DNA of 64,000 nt from Penicillus capitatus (lineage: Eukaryota; Plantae; Chlorophyta), in contig OZ287694.1 of the NCBI GenBank assembly GCA_965649825.1, positions 2,263,313 through 2,327,312 of the forward strand, written 5' to 3'. The notes under the pieces were generated by a model. The model worked only from the letters and a program-made list of their open reading frames with translations. It ran no database searches and was not told the DNA's origin. The translations under genes and the position numbers were made by a program. Position 1 is the first letter of the stretch. Every line of letters begins with the position of its first letter. Positions 48,510-61,363 of this stretch are shown here, one piece after another.

Positions 48510-48777
48510 TGTCGCCGGTCGGCCGATCAGAAGACGAAACAACAGCGGAAGACTCTTACAGTAATCGGAGCAAGGTCCTGAATGGTTCGGAATGTACATT
48601 AAATAGCCATGCGATGACGCGACTTCCAAGGCAGGTGACTCAGCACCTCATCAGAACCAGAGAAAAAAGGTTCCCTGACGGGTCAACAACCCCACTTGAC
48701 AAGACAGCTAGCGTCCCAAAACAAAGTGTACCCCTCCTGCACAAGACAGTCACATCGCCATGGAAATCTTGGCGACA
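48510..48777 (-). mobile_element. Solo LTR, family 2 (copy B, 268 bp)
   Basis: Termini TGTCGCC / GGCGACA; near-TSD CGCGT / CGCAT; TGACTCA, TATA-like and TGTAA motifs in the same order as copies A and E. Confidence 0.8.
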
Positions 48778-49183
48778 CGCATCACATCTACGCGTCTCCG
48801 TGGTCGGCTGCACGAAGGTGGACAGCTATCCATTGACACACAAACACATACATCACATCGATGCGCCGGAAGAGAAATGAACTCTCTCACACCGTCACTC
48901 CAGAAGCATTAGGAAACTTCGATGTTTCTGGCTCATTGGTTCCTAAATAGACAACCCTGTACATCAATCACATCAATTTATGAATAAAATGTTCTGTGGC
49001 TGACATGCAGGTTATATCCCATGAACAAGGTGCCCTCTGTCCTGAAGCTTGTGTTGTCATAGAGCAGAACTTCCTTGTCCATTCGAACCTATCACTGCGG
49101 ATGCGAATGCGAAGATCCTTGGCATTCGGGCTCCGTCGTTGTCTCCTCTGCATACGCGACATTGCAATGATTGCTTTCCAAAC

Positions 49184-49459
49184 TATCGCCGGCCGGCCGG
49201 CCGCGCAGAGAAAACCAATTCAGCGGAAGACTTAAAAGTATTCGGAGCAAGGTGTTCAAGGTCCAAAGTGTCCATTATACACTCGCGCGGTGACGTACGT
49301 GACTTTGGAGGCAGATAAATCAGCACGCATGTGGAGCCAGAGGAAAACGGCCCCTGAAGCTCAGGAAGTCCCTTCCTCTAACACGACAGCAAGTGCTCCT
49401 TTGCGCGCTTGTCTCCTTCCCCACAGGAAAGTCACATCGACGAGGAAATCTTGGCGACA
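49184..49459 (-). mobile_element. Solo LTR, family 2 (copy C, 276 bp)
   Basis: Termini TATCGCC / GGCGACA; near-TSD CAAAC / CACAC; shares CAGCGGAAGACTT..TTCGGAGCAAGG and GTCACATCG..AAATCTTGGCGACA blocks. Confidence 0.75.
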
Positions 49460-50510
49460 CACACATCGCCGTCTTCACTAGTCACGTTTCAATACTGTCC
49501 GAAAACGAGCAGATGGTCCGAGTGACTTGCAGTGGTGTCGTCATCCTTCGAGGAAGAAGTGATGGATGTGTGATAAAACGACCTCTAATGCTTTAAAAGC
49601 AGAATGTGCGACACCGGATAATCCGTTTCATCCTTCAAAGCCTTCCAGGTCGACGTCGAATGTCGCGGAATCGTGACGGAAGTAAAGACGTGGATCTTTC
49701 GCGAGACACTCTACGTAGGACGCCGATCGTCTTATGTAAGGAGAAATTCGTACCCGACGCTGAGGAGGCCCGAGAGTTCTGCCAATTCAAGGGGTCTTCT
49801 CCGAGCGCCTTCCGTTAGACGTCACATCCACGTAGCAATCAGCTGACTTCAGTGTACGAGTCCTTAAATGAAGCACCTGTTCAATGATATGCTGACGTAC
49901 AGTCCGCGATGTTGTCGCTGGAGGAGATTGGGAAGAGTGGCAGCCGCAGAAATGGATGCCACAGAGATGGCGGCGCTGACTGTCCGTGATTTCATTGTGG
50001 CCAAGATCGACGCTCCGATCGATTTACATCAGTTCAGAGATCCGTAATGAGACTGCAGTCGGAGTCGGATTGGAGACATTGTGCTTTTTTCTGCTAAACG
50101 TGTCTTTACAGGGCTCGGCAAAAAACACGTACTCTTTGTCAGTGTTGTTGGAAGCGACTTCATTGTGTTTGTCGGTAACGGGAGGAAGGTGGAATGTCAC
50201 AAAACCGCAGCAGCGCACCGATCTTCGTCTGATCAAGTGGCGACTGAGGCATTACATCTTGTGGTTGACGGTATAGTCAAAGGGCATTCGAATCGGACAA
50301 CAATGTGCGTGACGTCCTGCAAGATCCATCCTTTCCGTAACGGCCCGGTGCTGCGCGAAGGCACAAACATGGCACCATTCGATGTGACAGGTGAGGGTGC
50401 GCAATCACCAATCTCTCTCGCCCTCTCAGGAGAGACGTCTCACAAAAAGTGGCAATGTAACGGACCGGTCATTTCAAAGTGTGAGATCCAACGAGAAACG
50501 TGCGCGTTGA

Positions 50511-53346
50511 TTAGCGACGGAAGAGAGGTAGGTCGCCAAAGGCGACGCCGAGTGCGTGTCCGATATCCATATACCACTGGCACGAATTGGGATACGCGTC
50601 TGCCGTGAGCACCCCATCGCGTCGATCTTTGCGCTGCCTTCTCTTCGAACGCGCTGACGCGACAGCACCGGCGGCGACGGCGTCTCGGGCAGCGACTCGT
50701 CTTTTGACGACCGTCCTGGCGAAGAAGCTGAGCTCTAGGGTATAGGCGAGAACGTGCGGAAACGCCGCTGCGACGGCACGCCGGCCACTGCCCCGTTTGC
50801 TCGCGTCGTTATCCAAACGCGCAGTGCTGAAACAATACTTCCCCAGACGACCGTGCATCCACCTACGCCACCTCAGACTCTCTCCTCCACGTCGCGTTCG
50901 CACTTTAGAAAGTCGTCGTTGTCTGGCCGACTGGGCACGTCATTCGCGATGAAGAAGTTCGACGTCGTCGCCGAATGCGCGTGGATATCGACGAAGTACG
51001 CCAGTGCGCGTCCAGGTGTCGCATCGATGCTCTCCATCAGTTTCTTGCAATGGTAGATTGTCGGCTCTTCCGTGCGTCGCGGCTCGTGCCACACGCGATT
51101 GAGATCGACGCCGCCTGCATCCCGTCGATAGTTCCCGCAGACGACGCCGTCCGGATTCAGCATCGGAACCTACGCGACACATGAACGGCGTCGTCCATCG
51201 GCATGACGCGGACGACATCCCCCACCAACCGCCCCGCACGACGCTCTACGGCGTATGTACGTGCGATGGATGGATTGTTCGTTCGTTTGCTCAGAGATAA
51301 GCGTGTTATAAACGTCGTCGTGCGCGCGTCCAACTCAAAGAAGAAAATTTGGCACGTTTGTATGATTGACTAGGATCGCTGCCCCCAGAGCGAAGATGTC
51401 GACTGAGATAATGAGCGCCCTGCCTGACCCAATGACCCAGTCAAGGCTGACGGAGCTAGAGCTCGAGAACAAGAGACTCCGGGAGCAGCTGAAGGCGTAC
51501 GAGACGAAGTATGGGCCACTCAAATGCGAGGCGACTTCCGCGGCAGGTCGGGATGGCTTTCATAGCCACTGCGGTCGACTGTCTGCTGTACAGGACCGGC
51601 CACAGCGGCAACGGATTGCTCGGCTGGCGATGCCCTGAGAGCCATGCGAGCCAAGGTCATGGCCGAGAAGGAAGCAGCCTCTGCGAAGTTCCTGGCGTTG
51701 ATGGGTAACTATCAGAAGCTCCTGAAGGGTCAGGACGAGGAGCAGCCGCAGCCCGTCTCGTCAGAAGAGACGTTCTCCGTGCCCTCTGCTCTGAACACAC
51801 AGGAGACCGATGTCTCCATCGACTCCCCATCCACCTCTCCTGCCAGTCCCCAGTAGCAACACAGCAGGACAGAACGCACAAACCCATCGCCTCAATGACC
51901 GACCTCAAGAGACAGAAAACTCTGGATTAGCTCAGTCGTATTTTGTTGTCATCGTTAATTAGCTCAGTCAGTGTCCGTCCGATGGCTTTTACTGAACGAG
52001 AAGGAATGAAGGCAATTCTTAAGCAGAGGGTCCACTCACGCATTCTCATACCCTGTGACATGGATGCACTTAGATCCGTTGATATTCGGCGAGTTGCGGA
52101 AGGACGCCCTCGTGTACTGTGCTCACGATGAAGCACCCCGTTTCGATACTGCGAAGACGATGGGTAATCTTTCCTTAGACGTATCATGATACCTCAGAAT
52201 AAAGACAGGGCATCTCATGATTGATTCGACTGTACTTACTTACTGGAAGACATCTCTATCTATCTACCTATCTCCTAGCATCGGTTAGCCATCTCGATCT
52301 CGATGAGATCCGCATTCTCCAATTCAAGCGCTGTGCTCTTTGTGGGAGCGTCATGTATTTTGCTGGACTGACTGGCAATGGATCACACTCACGGTATTGG
52401 TGGGACAGATATTTCAAATCGCTCTCTGAAGGTTGATGATGTCATGTAAAGAATGACGTTACGGTTAAAGCGATGCGACGCGTGGGTGAGCGATGGCGGC
52501 GGGCGTGTACTTACGATGATCCATATCAACCGTCGTCGCGCTCTTTCGGCTTTGGTCGTGGAACTCGAGAGAAATCGGAGGAGCCCGTGCAGACACCACG
52601 ACGCCGGAGTCTCGCCCGGGTGCGCACGACCCGTCAAGAAAACGACCGGCCGTCTGCGCGCCGGATCCGAAACAGGCTGCGCCACGGTGATCACCTCAAC
52701 CGGCCGCCCCTCTGACGACCTAGGCCACACCGTCACTCGACGTCGAGCGCGGTCGTCGACCAGCAAAGCGTCTGGCAGTTGACGTGAGGGGAGGAACGCA
52801 GAGCCGATAGATGGCTCGAGAGCAGAGAGTAGGTATACGGATAGCTGAAGGCAATTTCGCATCGCTCGCCGCACGTGCTCCGCGTGAGCTTGAGGCAGAG
52901 AACCTCCCGACCGGCGCCGTCCTTCTTGCGGCGTTTGTAGAAGACGTTGGACGCGTCCATGGACTTCCACGCATCCGACGCGCCGCCAGCTGCGCGGCAG
53001 GGCGACGGTGTCGCCGAAGTCTTCTGCGTCTGTCGGATGACAGGCGTCATGCCGCGACGGTAGAGGGGCCGCGAACGGGAGAAGTTGCCGATTCGGAGGG
53101 TGTAGATCACGCCCGGGCGAATGTTGCCGACCTCGAAGCACAACCACAAGCGCGTTCTGCCAGACGCTCGCATCCGTGCACGGCGGGAAGGGGAACGCGC
53201 TACCGAGCGGCGCAGGTATCGGAACGCAGATAGAGATCGTAGACGTCCTTCCCTTTCTGCCGAACGGCGCGCTCGAGATTGCCGCCTTCGAAATCCGAAT
53301 GGAACGCCAGTCCATCCCCGTGCTTGCCACACACGGACGTCGCCAT
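50511..53346 (-). CDS. Cytosolic carboxypeptidase (CCP/AGBL, M14D), multi-exon, with a 1,345-nt intron at 51170-52514
   Basis: FHSDFEGGNL, AFSYPYTYS, GRAHPGET, WII|VPMLNPDGVVCGNYR (split by the long intron), DLNRVW, DIHAHS, YTLELSF. Confidence 0.9.
51396..51856 (+). CDS. Nested antisense two-exon coiled-coil protein (~137 aa)
   Basis: MSTEIMSALPDPMTQSRLTELELENKRLREQLKAYE...; a 47-nt GT-AG intron (51547-51593) joins in frame to ...AMRAKVMAEKEAASAKFLALMGNYQKLLKG...SPQ*. Confidence 0.7.
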
Positions 53347-53519
53347 CTCGCGTAATGGAGCGAATCTGCGCCCCGGAGACGGACGACACGTCCCTCGCGA
53401 TTCACGAAGCGCCTCGACGGCGACAATTTCGAAGCGACCGCCATTCGAGCTTCGACAGCCATAGGAGTAATCCCACACTTTACACGCCGTCACCGGGGAT
53501 CTCTCAAAAGAGGCGTGCA

Positions 53520-55202
53520 CTAGTCGAGGTGTCTGTGATCGGCATCTCTCTGCGTTGTCGTCCGGAAGGGTTGCAGACGGGAGGCCAAGGGGAGAGGGAC
53601 ACTTGCTTCGATCCATGTCCCCTCTGCCATGTGCTCTGCGTGCCGCACAACACCGTGCGTGTACATGCGTTGCACCAGATCGCCGTGTCGGTACGGAATC
53701 TCCACTGAGACGGGCACCATCGACTCTTCGAGGCATCGCTCAATGGCCAGCAGCAGCAGCTCCAATCCGTCTCCCGTCTTCGCCGAGATGCAGACGGCGC
53801 GATCGCCGCCTTCCTCCATAACGACGCGCCGTTCTTCGGGCGACACCACGTCTGCCTTGTTCCATACGGTCAGGATCGGCACATCCGACAGGCCAATGGA
53901 CTTCATGACATCCTCGACGGCCTTCTGCTGTTTGGCTCGATGGATGTTGCTCATGTCGATGACGTGAAGCAGCAGGGTCGCGTCTAGAAGCTCCTCCAGT
54001 GTGGCGCCAAAGGCCGCCACGAACTGCGGCGGGAGTTTCTGTATCAGTCCAACGGTGTCCGACAGCAACGCCGTCTTTCCGCCCGGAAGCTTCAGTCTTC
54101 GCGTGGTGGGGTCCAACGTGGCAAAGAACTTGTCCTCCACCAGCACATCTGCGTCCGTCATGTTGTTCAGCAGTGTCGACTTGCCAGCGTTGGTGTAGCC
54201 CATGAGGGCCACCACCGGAAAATCGTGCTCCGCTCTTCGATGGCGTTGCAGCCGCCGATGGAGCTTTACCTAAAAGTGTGACCCCCGTGAGACACAGAGT
54301 GCGAGAAACGGTCGGTCACTTCGTCGAGCTCGCGTTGAACGGAACGGATGCGCTGACGCAGGAGACGCTTGTCCACTTCGATCTGCTTCTCGCCCATGCC
54401 TTTGACGGCCTGGTCGCCGCCACTCCCGCCCACCTGGCGCTCCAGATGCGTCCACATTCGTGTCAGTCGCGGCAGCTGATACTTATACTGCGCCAGCTCG
54501 ACCTAGTCTTTCTCACACATGCATCTCACTCTTGTGTCACACATCCGAACCTGCAGTTGTCCTTCGCGACTCAGAGCACGTTGCGAGAAGATGTCCAGAA
54601 TCAACGCCGTCCGATCGCAGATTCTCACTCCTTCGCTAAGAACGTCGCTCTTTTGGAGCAGTCTCCAAGGCAAAGGGACACACAAACCCGAGGCTTTTTT
54701 CGATGTTCGTGAGCTGAACGGGCGAGAGCTCTTCGTCGAAGATCACCGTACTTGCCTTCTGCTTTGCTACACTTTCGCCGATCTCCTTCAGCTTCCCCGA
54801 TCCGATGTACGTCGCCGGGCTCGGCTTGTCAACGTACTGATAGAACTGCTCGACCACCACGAGTCCTGCCGTCTCGGCCAGCCCGTGCAACTCTTCCAGA
54901 GACTCGTGCAACGTGTAGTCCTCGTCATCAGCGAAAGACGACGGTCTCTTTCGGGCCACCCCAACGAGGACGACGCGTTCCGGCTCGACGCCCTCCACCG
55001 CCGTCTCGTCGAACGCAACCTCCGGGGGCGACGTCGACGTCGCTTCCATCGCCTCCTTCAGCTGAGCAACGTCACGGTGCCACGTCGACGCACTCAAGCG
55101 GCACGGCGATCGCGATGTCCCACGACGGACGCATCGTCTCGGTGCAAATGCGCCGGTCGACGGCGCGGCTTTCGATGAAATCGCTGCAGGTGTCGATAAC
55201 AT
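53520..55202 (-). CDS. hflX: GTPase HflX, probably organelle-targeted (multi-exon)
   Basis: [78 protein letters not shown]; S/T/A/R-rich N-terminus. Confidence 0.95.
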
Positions 55203-55214
55203 CACGTGGTCTTT

Positions 55215-56447
55215 TCAACGCGAACGCTCTTGTTTCTTGCATACCGTACACTTCCATTTTGACACATCTTGTGCGTTCTCTTCATCCATCTGCACAAACA
55301 ACGACTCTTTAATGCCCCTCGAGGGATCCGGCATTACCCCGGCACAGCTCCCACAGTACCAGACGTCGCAGAAATCGCATGCAATCCAAAACTCCCCGTG
55401 AGCGTACATACGACCGCATCCAGGACACGGATCCCCCTCTCCATCTTCCCACCCTAAACATACCTGTCACATCAAACACCGCCCTACCCCTACCTACTCG
55501 CAGCCGTTTCGTCGACATCCACGTCGCCGTCGCCGTCGGTCATCGCCTCGCCGACGTCGCTCGTCCGGACTTCGTGAACGACTGCCCGTCGGGGTGGCGG
55601 ATCGTCTGGATCGTCAGGATCGTCCAGGCCGCTCGGTTCCGAGATGCCGATCTAGCACGGATCAGATGTCACCATGAAAGGAGCGAAGAGCAGAGACTGA
55701 GGGCAGCACTTCAGATTCCTCTTCGGAGTTCGTTTCCAGATCTTCCGACACCGCGAGATTGCTGTCATCGCTGTTGTCCAAGGCTTGATCCTGCAGCATC
55801 ATCCGGGTGATCCAGATGATCGTTTACGTGGAAAGCTGACTTGGTGCTCCAGCACGGTACGCATGTCCTGCAGCGCCTCCTCTGCCAGGATCTCCCATTC
55901 CTCGGACTTGCGCACGCCTGAGACGATTTCGTAACAGGTCGGCAGTCGGTTGATCAACTGAAACATCTCCTCCCTCACACATCACACTTCTCACATTCTT
56001 CGCGCTGTCGCGCACAGCGATCTCGCTACCGTTCTTCTTTGCACATCCGCGCTCCGGAGAAAAACGCCAAAGACATGAGCCACGAATCCGAATAGATGGC
56101 AACGAGGGATAGCCATTCCTCCCGCTGCATCCGTCCCGTCAGGCGCAGGCGTGCATGATGCGGCGTACCGTCATTCCATCGCGTGCAAAATTGATGCCCA
56201 TGACTGGCTCTGGGACATCGGATGGAACTTCTTCGGACGGCAACGTCACCTCCCACTTTCCGCTCGGATACCCGTAGAGACACACATTGGGCTGCGTCGG
56301 ATCACACTTGGACAGAAGCATCTCCGCACTAACGCCGCCCTTCCCTTAGAGCGTTCGCAAGAGGAGAACGCACTCCGTCGTGATGGCATGCAGAATGGCT
56401 CGACGTCGAGCCACGTGTTCGGCAAAGACGTTGTAGAGCGTGCGCAT
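55215..56447 (-). CDS. Alfin-like PHD-finger protein (multi-exon; start could be 56447 or 56558)
   Basis: [88 protein letters not shown]-terminal [14 protein letters not shown]. Confidence 0.92.
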
Positions 56448-56622
56448 GGCGGCGGCGGTGTTTGAGGGCGTCTGTTCAGTCTCGGCGTCAACGTCTGGAA
56501 AGCTCGCTTCTCTCCGCACGTCACGCGTCGCGGACGTCACATCATCTTTTCTGGTCATTAAGGTTACCCAGACCCGTCTCTTCAACTCCCAGGCATCCGC
56601 GCCGTGAACAACCTCGCGTGAA

Positions 56623-57617
56623 ATGTCACAAACTGCCACCGACGTTGCCGAATCGCGTGCAACGCTCCTCAATGAGCCGAAATTTTCCCTCGTCGAAATG
56701 GAAGAAGAAACGTCGGCGACGTCGCACCATGCACAACCGACTCAGTCGATGGGAGACCTCAGAGACGCGAGCGATGAAGAGGAGAACGATTTCGTTGTCT
56801 ACTCCGATGCCTCGCATCCCGCTCCTCCATTCCAGGCAGACATCGCCTCTTCCCTCCTCGAAGGTGCCAGTCCTTTCTCACTCTTGATGTGACAGGCGGT
56901 GAGTGAGATGCAGGCTTCAGACGCGAGGAGAAGAGGGAGATGCTGCCAGAGAGGCACGAAATCCGACTCGATGCGATGTCGGACGACGAGGAGATCAAGA
57001 ACGAGACGCTCCGAGTGATCCATGCATCCCAGCCACACGCAAACGGCCTGTCCCCGACGGGACAGGACGATCTAGCCGTGCATAGCTTCCAGGACGTGCC
57101 ACTGCTGCAGAGTCCAACCGACGGGGCGTTCTTCGACGGACTGGTCTTCTGCGACACCGTCGACTCCCTCTACCGCCCAGTCGTGGTGATCAACACCCAT
57201 GCCATTCCGCACAAGCCTCTCAGAACGGCCGCCCTGAGACACCTGCGCGAAGCTCTGGAGCCGGTTGTCTCGACTGGGCCTTACGTACTCATCTTCACGT
57301 CCTTCTCTTCATCAACACTGTCGACGCTGCCGATCTCCTGGATACTGGCAGCCTATCGAGAACTGAGCTACCCGTTCCGCAAAAACGTGCAGCATGTGAT
57401 TCTGGTTCGACCCAATAAACTCCTCAAGGCTTTCGTGCGCATCATGAAAATGGTGGTCAAGAAGAAGGCGCATGCCAAGGTGAAGCAGATCCTGTACCTG
57501 GGGGATATCGAGAATGTCACGAACGGGGAGGTGACGCTGGAGCATCTGAGTCCCAAGGTCATCCGTACGCTTGGCGCTGAGGAGCTCTCGTATTCAGACT
57601 TTAGCTTAAATACATAA
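56623..57617 (+). CDS. CRAL-TRIO_2 (BNIP2/GDAP2-like Sec14) domain protein, two exons
   Basis: A 50-nt intron (~56866-56915) joins the two ORFs in frame; RPVVVIN..., YVLIF, SWILAAYRELSYPFRKNVQHVILVRP. Confidence 0.75.
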
Positions 57618-57734
57618 CGAACGCAATAAGGCCAATACGGTGCACAGGCGGGTGGGCATCGAGCTGGCCGACCGCGAGATCCATTGATGGGACGGACGGG
57701 TGTAACGATAGCATTAAGCTCTCAGACGACGACG

Positions 57735-59624
57735 ATGTGGCAGAGAGGGTGGTCGTACGCAACGCTCCGTCGACGAGCTTGGTGGCGATGGGGCGCCGCG
57801 ATGGCCACTGGCGGCGCATGGAGTGCCTGGTGTCTTCAGGCCGACGACCCGGTGAAGCGTTTTCGACTGTCCGTCGAGATTCCGCTGCGATTTGCTCGAT
57901 GCGCTCGAACGGCGACGGCCATCGTCTACGGTACGGTCGGCGAGCTCGGGAGGCGGACGGGAGAAGGGATGGGCGTAGACTACCAGTCGTCGTTGTGGGG
58001 AGTGAAGGATGCCGAACGCAGACGTCACGTCATCTCGGAATGCAATCAGCGTGGGGCGGATCGTCTTCTCTCCCTCGCCTTTGCAAACGGCGGTATCTAC
58101 ATCAAGCTGGGACAGCACATTGGCCAGCTGGTACCCTCACTCTTTCTCACTCTTCTGCATCACTGTGCCCCTGCAGTACCACCTCCTGCCTGAGGAGTAC
58201 GTTCGTACGATGCAGGAGAATGTTCTGGACAAGTGTCCGCTGACGTCCTTTGCCGATGTGCGAAGTGTGATCCAGCAGGAGCTGGGTCGGCCGCTGGAGA
58301 CGCTTTTCGGCAGTTTCGACCCCACACCCGTCCCCAGCGCCTCGTTGGCGCAGGTGCACGTGGCGACGGATCATCAGGGGAGAAAGCTGGCCGTCAAGGT
58401 GCAGCACCCTGGACTGATGGACTCGGCTGCGGCTGACATCGCCATCGTCCAATCCCTCGTCCACGTCATCAAATTCCTCTTTCCGGTCTGAAAGGACGTC
58501 GTGCTCGCTCACGAACAGAAGTGTGATGATCATTTAGAGCTATGACTACTCGTGGCTGGTGCGCGAGATCCGGATCAACCTGCCGAAGGAGGCAGATTTT
58601 CTGCTGGAGCTTCAGAACGCACAGGACTGTCTGAAGAATCTCAACTCGGCCGCTTCTCGCGTGAAAGGCAGGCAGGTCCCATCGCCCGCGTCTGACAGCT
58701 TCCATGCAGCTTCTGCAGGATAGAGTGACCGTTCCCGGCATGTATCCCGATCTGAGCACCACGCGCATCCTGACCATGGAGTACATCGAAGGCATACCCA
58801 TCACCGACGTCCAGGAGCTCAAGCGATGGAATGTGGACCTGGCGCGTCTGGCGCGGCTGGTGTCTCTCACTTTCAACGAGATGATCTTTTTCTTCGGCAA
58901 GGTGCACTGCGATCCGCACGCCGCCAATCTGCTGGTACGGTTAGACAACGGCCGAGAGGAACTGGTGCTGCTCGATCACGGGCTCTATCAGGAAATGACC
59001 CCGACGCTGCGGTACGAATACGCATCGCTGTGGCAGTCGCTGATCTTCGGCGACCAAGAAGGCATCCGGCGACGCAGCATCGGCATGAACGCCGGCGACC
59101 TCTACCCCATCTTCGCCGCGATGCTCACGTACAAAGAGTGGGACGAAATCACGAGCAGAACGGTGGACCATCTTGATGTGACGTCCAATACATTGAAGAG
59201 CGAGACAGCAACGGTCACACTGTGATTCTCAGGTGCGGTCGACGAAGACGGAGATGCGGAAGAGACAACGTCACGCAAAGGATTACGCCCGAGAGATATC
59301 GACCGTCCTGCTGAGGGTACCGCGCGAGATCATTCTGCTGCTGAAGACGAACGACTGCCTCAGAACCATCGACAAATGCCTCGAACAGGTCGATGCCCCC
59401 ACCCGCACGGCACGGCATCCAGATTCTGACGACTGGCCGCGCAGGTCTCGAGCAGTTTGCTCATCACGGCACGGGAGTGCACCCGGGCGCTGGCAGAAAA
59501 GCGCCGTGCCGCTTTGCCCTCAGGCATCGGATGGATCAGGTACTACCTCGACGTGATGCACGTGGAGTTGCGTTTGATGGTGCTCTACGCCATGACCATC
59601 TTCAAAAGATACTCAGCGATTTAA
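57735..59624 (+). CDS. ABC1/UbiB atypical kinase (ADCK1-like), multi-exon
   Basis: NGGIYIKLGQH, PVPSASLAQVH, AVKVQHP, EADFLLE, MEYIEG, VHCDPHAANLL, LLDHGLY. Confidence 0.93.
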
Positions 59625-59685
59625 ACACGCGACCGCAAGCTCGGTGGTCCTCCTTAAGAAAAAGACGTCCATTCGCTGTCCGCGA

Positions 59686-61047
59686 TCACCGTATCGAGTG
59701 CCCGGTCGTGGCGTGGCATCGCGTCCACCACCAGGAGACAAAGCGATCGTGGTCGATGCTGCCACACGTTTCGGGATCCAGCAGGTGCCGCACGTCCTGC
59801 GTCTGCTGCCTACTGAGGCGACAGTCGAGGCAACGCAGCACATCTGTCGGACAGAAAGCATCCGTGGCGACGCATGCCGTGAGAGACGGACCTTCGAGAT
59901 GGGACGTCGCGAACGTGCCGTCGCTCCCGAGATCGAAATGCCGCAGCAGTTGCTGCACCCGAGAACGCGTCTCCTTCGCCAAGCACGTCGTCGACGTCGG
60001 CACGAGACTCGTTTTCTTGCGCGCCGCCCGCCTATATCACCCACAACGACGCTCCCCTACCCCGCCGACCGTCGCGCACTTGGGTTTGCGACCGAGGCAC
60101 GACTTGAGCCGCGCATACTGCTCCTCCTGTTCGCCCTGCTTCACCTTTAGCTTCCCAATCAGCTCCAACTCCATACGCATCTACCACAGCCGACCGTTCT
60201 CTGGACGGACCCGCTTCGCACGAGCTCACCAGATTCGCCAGCTCCTGTTCTTTCTCCGCGCGTGCTCGGCGCTCTTCGCCGAGTCGCTTGTTATAGTCTT
60301 CTTGCGCCTGAACACCACCTGAGCATTCGACGGTCATCGACTCGGCGGCCGCGCTCCAGGCGTCGTACTTTATTCAGCTTCGTCGACTGACGCTGCTGCA
60401 GCTTCCTCTTGATGCACGACTCCACGTGCTTCACACTGTCTTTGCGTTCCTGCGCCTTGCGCAGCTCGGAGGACTTGTCTTGCACGAAGAGGCGGCGGTT
60501 CTCCGTCTTCTCCCGCTTCGCATCCCTCGCGGCTTGCGCCTTCTCCTCGTAAATCTGCGCCTGCTTCTGTTTACGCACGTGTTCGCTGTCGCGTCGGGAC
60601 TGCGAATTTGTCTCCCTGTTGCACAGGCGTGCGTCGTGGGGCGATCTCGTCGGGCGTCTGTGCGACCTGCGATGCGCCACTTGTCGTTTTTCGATGTCTC
60701 GGCGCACGGCCTTCTCGAAAGCACGTCGCTCTTTCTCTTCCTTCATCTGCATGGTCCGTTCGATGCGCGCCTCGGTCGTGTGCATTTCTTTCCGAACGCG
60801 TTCCTCCTCTTTCAGCAACGCCCGAACGCGGTTCCGCAGACGCATGGTATCGTCTTCGAGCTGCTCCCCAGGCCATGAGACGAAACGCCTTCCGAGGATC
60901 GATCCGTACCTGTTTCTTGCTGCGCCTCTCTTCCAGAATCGTGGCGTGTTCCGAAGAAAGGGGCGAAATCGAGAGCTGCGTGGAATAGGCATCGACGAAA
61001 GACTCGGCATCGCTGTAGACATCTGTCGGCGTCATGTCCTTCTCCAT
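59686..61047 (-). CDS. Hypothetical coiled-coil protein with a C-terminal EF-hand-like pair (multi-exon)
   Basis: Exons join as ...RRSKKQ|QLEDDTMRLRNRVRALLKEEE...; C-terminal LLRHFDLGSDGTF and LLDPETCGSIDHDRFVSWW. Confidence 0.55.
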
Positions 61048-61363
61048 CCTGCGATCGATCGCGTCGGCGAAACACAGTCAATGTATCAACAATCGGCAAA
61101 TCGCATGAGCATGATGGACGACGTCACGTATCTCGTTGACGACACCTATGGAGTGTCTGTGATGCGCAGACGCCATGCGCGAGAACGTCCATGGCGGCCA
61201 CCCTCTCTTCTCGGCCGTCTGCGCCAAGGCGGCGCGCGATGCCGTCCGTCGATGCGCTTCTAAGCCGTCCAACGATGGAAGCGGATTTGAGAGGCGCGTC
61301 CAAGTTCAGCGTCTGTGTCATGGTCGTGGAGGACACGCGATGGGTATCAGAATTGGCAGCGTT

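Noticed and set aside
49950-50608. Possible plus-strand gene (MDATEMAALTVRDF... / 175-aa ORF)
   Set aside because: The obvious splice sites do not join in phase and no family is recognisable.
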